DNA from: Octopus sinensis
Taxonomy: Eukaryota
NCBI RefSeq assembly: GCF_006345805.1
Contig: NC_043023.1
Coordinates: forward strand, 19,406,001-19,470,000
DNA length: 64,000 nt
Direction: 5' to 3'
In this document: positions 58,651 through 64,000 of the stretch, piece by piece
Layout: every line of letters begins with the position of its first letter
Numbering within the stretch: position 1 is the first letter of the stretch
Program-made: the position numbers and the translations under genes
Notes under the pieces: generated by a model
Databases searched by the model: none
Told to the model about the DNA's origin: nothing
What the model saw: only the letters and a program-made list of their open reading frames with translations

Positions 58651-59640
58651 CTTTCTACAATAGACACAAGGCTTTAAATTTGAGGGGAGGGGACTAATCA
58701 ATTACATTGACCCTACCCCCAGTGTTTCACTGGTATTTAGTTTATCGATCCCGAAAAGACGTAAAGCAAAGTTGACCTCGGCGGACTTTGCTTTTCATCC
58801 TTTTGGGGTCGATAAATAATAATAATAATTACTTCCAATTTTAGCATAAAGCCTGAAATTTTGGGGGAGGGTTCTAGATGATTACATTGACCCCCCCCAG
58901 TGCTTCACTTGCTTATTTTATTGACCCTGAAAGGATGAAAGGCAAAGTTGACCTCAGCTGAATTTGAACTCAGAATGTAGCAGACGAAATACCACTAAGC
59001 GTTTCACCCAACACGCTAACTATTCTGCCAGCTCACCGCCTTCTTAATAATAATATTATCCTTTCTACTATAGGCATACAGCCTGAAATTTGTGGGGTAG
59101 GGACTAGTTGATTTCATCGACCCCCGTGTTTCACTGGTATGTAATTTATTGACCCTGAAAGGATGAAAGGCAAAGTTGACCTCAGCTGAATTTGAACTCA
59201 GAATGTAGCAGACGAAATACCACTAAGCGTTTCACCCAACACGCTAACTATTCTGCCAGCTCACCGCCTTCTTAATAATAATAATATCCTTTCTACTATA
59301 GGCATACAGCCTGAAATTTGTGGGGTAGGGACTAGTTGATTTCATCGACCCCCGTGTTTCACTGGTATGTAATTTATTGACCCTGAAAGGATGAAAGGCA
59401 AAGTTGACCTCAGTGGAATTTGAACTCAGAACATAGTGATGGGCGACATACCGCTAAGCATTTCATCTAGTGTGTTAAGAATTCTGTCAGCTCACCACCT
59501 TCTTAATAATAATAATAATCTTTTCTATTATATGCAACTGGTTCTTAATTTATCAAATTTGAAGGGATGAAAGGCAAAGTCGACCTTGGCGGAATTTGAA
59601 CTCAGAAACAATTCTACCAGCTTGCTGCCTTAACAACAAC
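58650..59640 (-). mobile_element. SINE2 variant (alternative tail) in tandem ~240-bp units
   Basis: Near-identical units around 58920-59160-59400 separated by (AAT)n. Confidence 0.85.
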
Positions 59641-59877
59641 AACAATAATGATAATAATAATAAGTGCAGGAGTGGCTGTGTGGTACGTAGCTTGCTTACC
59701 AACCACATGGTTCCGGGTTCAGTCCCACTGCATGGCACCTTACGAGTGGATTTGGTAGACTGAAACTGAAAGAAGCCCGTTGTATATATATATGTGTGTG
59801 TATATTTGGGTGTCTTAGTTTGGCCCCAGCACACCATCGCTTGGCAACTGATGTTGGTGTGTTTACATCCTCGTAAC

Positions 59878-59995
59878 TAAGTCTGTAGAAGAGCGTATGC
59901 TCGAAACGTAAAAGACTTTTTCTATTGCTGAGCATTATACTAATACATCTGTTTGTTTTGTACACCACCTGTCTTCGTCTTTTGCTTTTTTTTTG
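59878..59995 (+). mobile_element. Penelope-like pLTR relic with degenerate hammerhead core
   Basis: ctgtagaagagcgtatgctcgaaacgta (59883-59910): GAGC/GCTC stem II, GAAA, palindromic ACGT; A6 substituted. Confidence 0.5.
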
Positions 59996-60030
59996 TAAAC
60001 CTTCCTTATATATAATATATATATATATAT

Positions 60031-60088
<58 letters not shown>

Positions 60089-60096
60089 TATATATA

Positions 60097-60430
60097 GCGT
60101 AGGAGTGGCTGTGTGGTAAGTAGCTTGCTTACCAACCACATGGTTCTGGGTTCACTGCCACTGCGTGGCACCCGGGGCAAGTGTCTTCTACTATACCCTC
60201 GGGCCGATCAAAGCCTTGTGAGTGGATTTGGTAGACGGAAACTGAAAGAAGCCCGCCGTATATATGTATGTGTGTCTGTGTTTGTCCCCCCAACGGTAAC
60301 TTAGCTGTTCGGCAAAAGAGGCCGATAGAATAAGCACTAGGCTTACAAAGAATAAGTCCTGGGGTTGATTTGTTCGGCTAAAGGCGGTGCTCCAGCATGG
60401 CCACAGTCAAATGACTGAAACAAATAAAAG
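60097..60430 (+). mobile_element. SINE family 1
   Basis: Consensus match. Confidence 0.88.
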
Positions 60431-61169
60431 AATATACATGACAAGCTGCTTTGCAATGCTGCATGGTAGTAAGACATGGATCTTGACTGTAGAAGACCGG
60501 AAAGAGATGGAGCTAGCATGCTACATGTTAGTGTGGCGTCACCATCATTTAATGTTTGTTTTCACATGCAGGCACATGTTGGATAGTTTGATAAGAACCA
60601 GCCAGCTTTTAATGTGACACCAAGCACAGGTTCTTTTGTGTGGCCCCAGCACCAACAAGTCTGCGTGACCCGGATGTAGAGGGCATGCCTGTATGTATGT
60701 ATGGATGGCCACGATTTTAATGTCTTCTCTAGTACAGCAAACTGCCGAGAAGATTCAGTGCCTTGTCATTTCCTTTGTGAGGCCCAGCGTGGAGCTTAGG
60801 TGTTTCGCTCATAAACACACACACACATCACCCGGTCTAAGATTTGAACCCGCGATCCCTCGACTGCAAGTCCGCTGCTCTAACCACTAGTTCGCACGTC
60901 GGGCGAAATGCTTAGTGGTATTTCGTCTGCCGTTACGTTGTGAGTTCAATTTCCGCCGAGGTCAACTTTGCATTTCATCCTTTTGAGGCCCAGCTTCTGA
61001 AAATCCTTTCTTAATCACTCTGTCTCGTGTCTTCCTGGGTCTACTTCTTCCACAGCTTCTGGCACTTCTTCAAACAGCTGTCCTCATCCATACGCATCAC
61101 ATGACTATCCCAACGCAGTCTTCTCTCTTGTACATGTCTAGTGCCTCTTACACCCCATTTTTTTCTTAA

Positions 61170-61710
61170 CCCTTTTGCTGCCATATTTCTGTTGAGATAT
61201 TCTGTCTTCAATTAATTTTAAAATTAGTGAATTTAGCAAAATAACCTTGTCATTATTAATTGGTGTTTTGGATCATAAATTAACACTAAGTTCTGATGAA
61301 AGATTTTAATTCAGAACTCTTGATAACAAGATGTATTCCACACCATCTGAACATGGCCGATGCCAGTGCGGCCTTGACTGGCTTCTGTGCCGCTGGCACA
61401 TGACCTGCTGTGCTTGAGGAGACCTATTGAGTCAAGTACATCAACATCAAAATGTATATCAAATGGAAATAGTAGTTGTGATACCTGTGCCGGTGGCACG
61501 TAAAAAGCACCCACTACACTCACGGAGTGGTTGGCGTTAGGAAGGGCATCCAGCTGTAGAAATACTGCCAGATCAGACTGGAGCCTGGAGCAGCCTCCTG
61601 GCTTCCCAGACCCCGGTCGAACCGTCCAACCCGTGCTAGCACGGAAAACGGACGTTAAACGATGATGATGAGAGCCAGGGGCAGTCTCAGGTGGGTTGGT
61701 ATCAAAAGGG
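61170..61710. mobile_element. TTAA-flanked MITE family B with a nested RTE 3'UTR copy (61335-61672, +)
   Basis: TTAA|cccttttgctgcca ... tggtatcaaaaggg|TTAA. Confidence 0.8.
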
Positions 61711-61949
61711 TTAAATTGTGTGAATGACAAAGTACAAATGTATTGAGAGATGAACTGGGTAGAAGAGGATTCAGATGCAGAGTGCAAGAAAGAAGACTCT
61801 ACTAGTATGGACGTGTGATAACTTCATAATTAACTTCTAAACACTGGAGCATGCTGAAGAGAGAGACCTATGAAGACATGGGATAAAACGAAGGTAGTTC
61901 TCAAGACCTTGAACCTCGTAATGGTGACAAAGGATTGGACTGACTTGCG

Positions 61950-62590
61950 GTATGCCATGCTGGAGCACTGCTTTGCAGAAGTTTAGTGGAATCAACCCCA
62001 GTACTTATTCTTTTGTAAAGCCTGGTAATCTGTTGGTGTCTTTTGCCAAACCGCTAAGTTATGTTCCTTCTCGAGCCATGCCTGGCTCATAAGGGCCGGT
62101 TTCTTGGTGCATAGGTTCCCCACCTGGACGGGATGCCGGTCCATCGCAGGTGAGCTGCAAGATGCAGGAGGAAAGAGTGAGAGAAAGTTGTGGCGAAAGA
62201 GTCAGCAGAGGTTTTGCCATTACCTTCTGCCGGAACCGCATGGAGCTTAGGTGTTTCGCTCATAAACACACACATCGCCCGGTCTAAGATTCGAACCCGC
62301 AATCTCTCGACTGCAAGTCCACTGCTCTAACCACTAGGCCATGTGCCTCCACTAAGTTATGGGGATATAAACACACCAACAATGATTGTCAAGTGGTGGT
62401 GAGGGACAAACACAAACACAAAGACACACACAACGGGTTTCTTTGAGCTTTCTTCTACCAAATCCACTCTCGAGGATTTGGTTGGCCCAAGGCTATAACA
62501 AGGGACCTTTTGCCCAACGTGCCAAACAGTGTGACTGAACCTGGAACCATGTGTTGGGAAGCATACCTTTTACCACACAACCACGCCTAT
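61950..62590 (-). mobile_element. Degenerate SINE1 interrupted by a family-3 tRNA SINE (62060-62350, minus)
   Basis: The SINE1 body resumes (ctaagttatg) on both sides of the insertion. Confidence 0.75.
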
Positions 62591-62778
62591 GCCTGCTCCA
62601 CACCCAATTTCCTCCTTGAGATAAAACCCACCACCCTACATCTCTCTAACTGCAGTATTCTGCTGCTATAATTACATCTGAACTGACCTGCTTACTTCAT
62701 CAGTTCTTCCTTGATACCATTTATCTTTCTCACTTCCCAGAACCATTTTATTCAACATTCCATCCTTCTTATTTTTAA

Positions 62779-62999
62779 CCCTTTAGTGTTCGCATTATTC
62801 TGCCAAAATTAATCCCTTTTTATCCAAATTGTTTTGAACTAATCATGCATTATCTTGTAGCTATGAGATTTTGATGAGGTAGCTGTTAATTTTTAAAACG
62901 ATATTGTAGGGCTGGTGTGAGAGACCAGATCTGGCCAGTTTGAACATAAAACAGGCAGAATATTTTTGGCCGGATATGGCCAGTTTAAACGCTAAAGGG
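62779..62999. mobile_element. piggyBac-type MITE family A (221 bp, TTAA TSD)
   Basis: TTAA|CCCTTTAG ... CTAAAGGG|TTAA; inverted relative to 6620-6844. Confidence 0.87.
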
Positions 63000-63169
63000 T
63001 TAATCTCCACTAGTGCTTTTCAGTGATTACACCTCTGTGGTCACCAAATTAACTCTCTCTCTCTCTCTCCCCATTATAATGCTCGTCCCATATGCTTACA
63101 ACCTTGTTCTCTCATCCTCTTCTATCTCTCTTTTTATCACATCCCTCCTCACTCTTACCCTATCTACTC

Positions 63170-63575
63170 TTTTACTCTTTTTACTCTTTTACTTGTTTCA
63201 GTCATTTGACTGCGGCCATGCTGGAGCACCGCCTTTAATCGAGCAACTCGACCCCGGGACTTATTCTTTTTGAAAACCCAGTACTTATTCTATCGGTCTC
63301 TTTTGCCGAACTGCTAAGTAACGGGGACATAAACACACCAGCATCGGTTGTCAAGCAATGCTAGGGGGACAAACACACACACACAAACACACACACGCAT
63401 ATATATATATATGACGGGCTTCTTTCAGTTTCCGTCTACCAAATCCACTCACAAGGCTTTGGTTGGCCCGGGGCTATAGTAGAAGACACTTGCCCAAGGT
63501 GCCGCGCAGTGGGACTGAACCCGGAACCATGTGGTTGGTAAACAAGCTACTTACCACACAGCCACTCCTGCGCCT
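63170..63575 (-). mobile_element. SINE family 1, full length
   Basis: Consensus match with (gtaaaaga)n tail. Confidence 0.9.
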
Positions 63576-63609
63576 ACTGTTTTTTTTATTATTATTATTA
63601 TTGTTTGCT

Positions 63610-64000
63610 GGACAAAATGCTTAGCGATATTTCATCTATCGCTATGTTTGGAGTTCAAATTCTGCCGTGGTCGACTTTGCTTTTCATCCTTTCAGGGTCG
63701 ATAAATTAAGTATCAGTGAAACACTGGGGTTGATGTAATCAACTAGTCCCCTCCCCCAAAATTTCAGGCCTTGTGTCTTTGGTAGTAAGGATTATCATTC
63801 TTTTTTATTGTCTAAGGCAGCGAGCTGGCAGAACCGTTAGCACGTCGGGCGAAATGCTTAGCGATATTTCATCTGCCGCTACGTTCTGAGTTCAAATTCC
63901 ACCGAGGTCGACTTTGCCTTTCATCCTTTCGAGGTTGATTACGCACTGGGGTCGATATAATCGACTTAATCCGTTTGTCCTTGTTTGTCCCCTCTGTGTG
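63610..64000 (+). mobile_element. Two SINE family 2 copies (different tails)
   Basis: Central domain gtcgactttgcctttcatcc present twice. Confidence 0.85.

Overview
Eukaryotic, repeat-saturated animal genomic DNA. The AT-rich microsatellites, tRNA-derived SINEs and RTE/CR1 LINEs suggest a cephalopod such as Octopus (inference, not checked). One complete protein-coding gene, missed by the ORF track, was assembled by hand on the minus strand: a 9-exon mitochondrial ribosomal protein L1 (MRPL1/uL1m, CDS 49696->29865, 1140 nt, 379 aa, all introns GT-AG with matching phases). One isolated minus-strand exon (6440->6366) resembles the N-terminal acidic region of CPSF6/CPSF7. A possible first exon of a plus-strand gene lies near 53.3 kb. 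The rest is transposon-derived or simple repeat: a 5'-truncated RTE LINE, many RTE 3'UTR copies (some amplified into 63-, 67-, 98- and 100-bp tandem arrays), CR1 and L1/Tx1-like 3' ends, three tRNA-SINE families, TTAA piggyBac-type MITEs, two non-autonomous Helitrons and Penelope-like relics. Most interesting: (1) a mariner-head/RTE-tail chimera whose junction occurs in two separate copies; (2) an inverted Penelope-like pLTR pair whose left arm starts at the predicted cleavage site of a minimal hammerhead ribozyme relic; (3) a head-less ~555-bp element bounded by (TAA)n on both sides; (4) a G-quadruplex-forming 142-bp array in MRPL1 intron 1. Nearly all long ORFs in the track are artefacts of microsatellites or tandem repeats. 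Family names come from remembered motifs, not database searches, and repeat boundaries are approximate.
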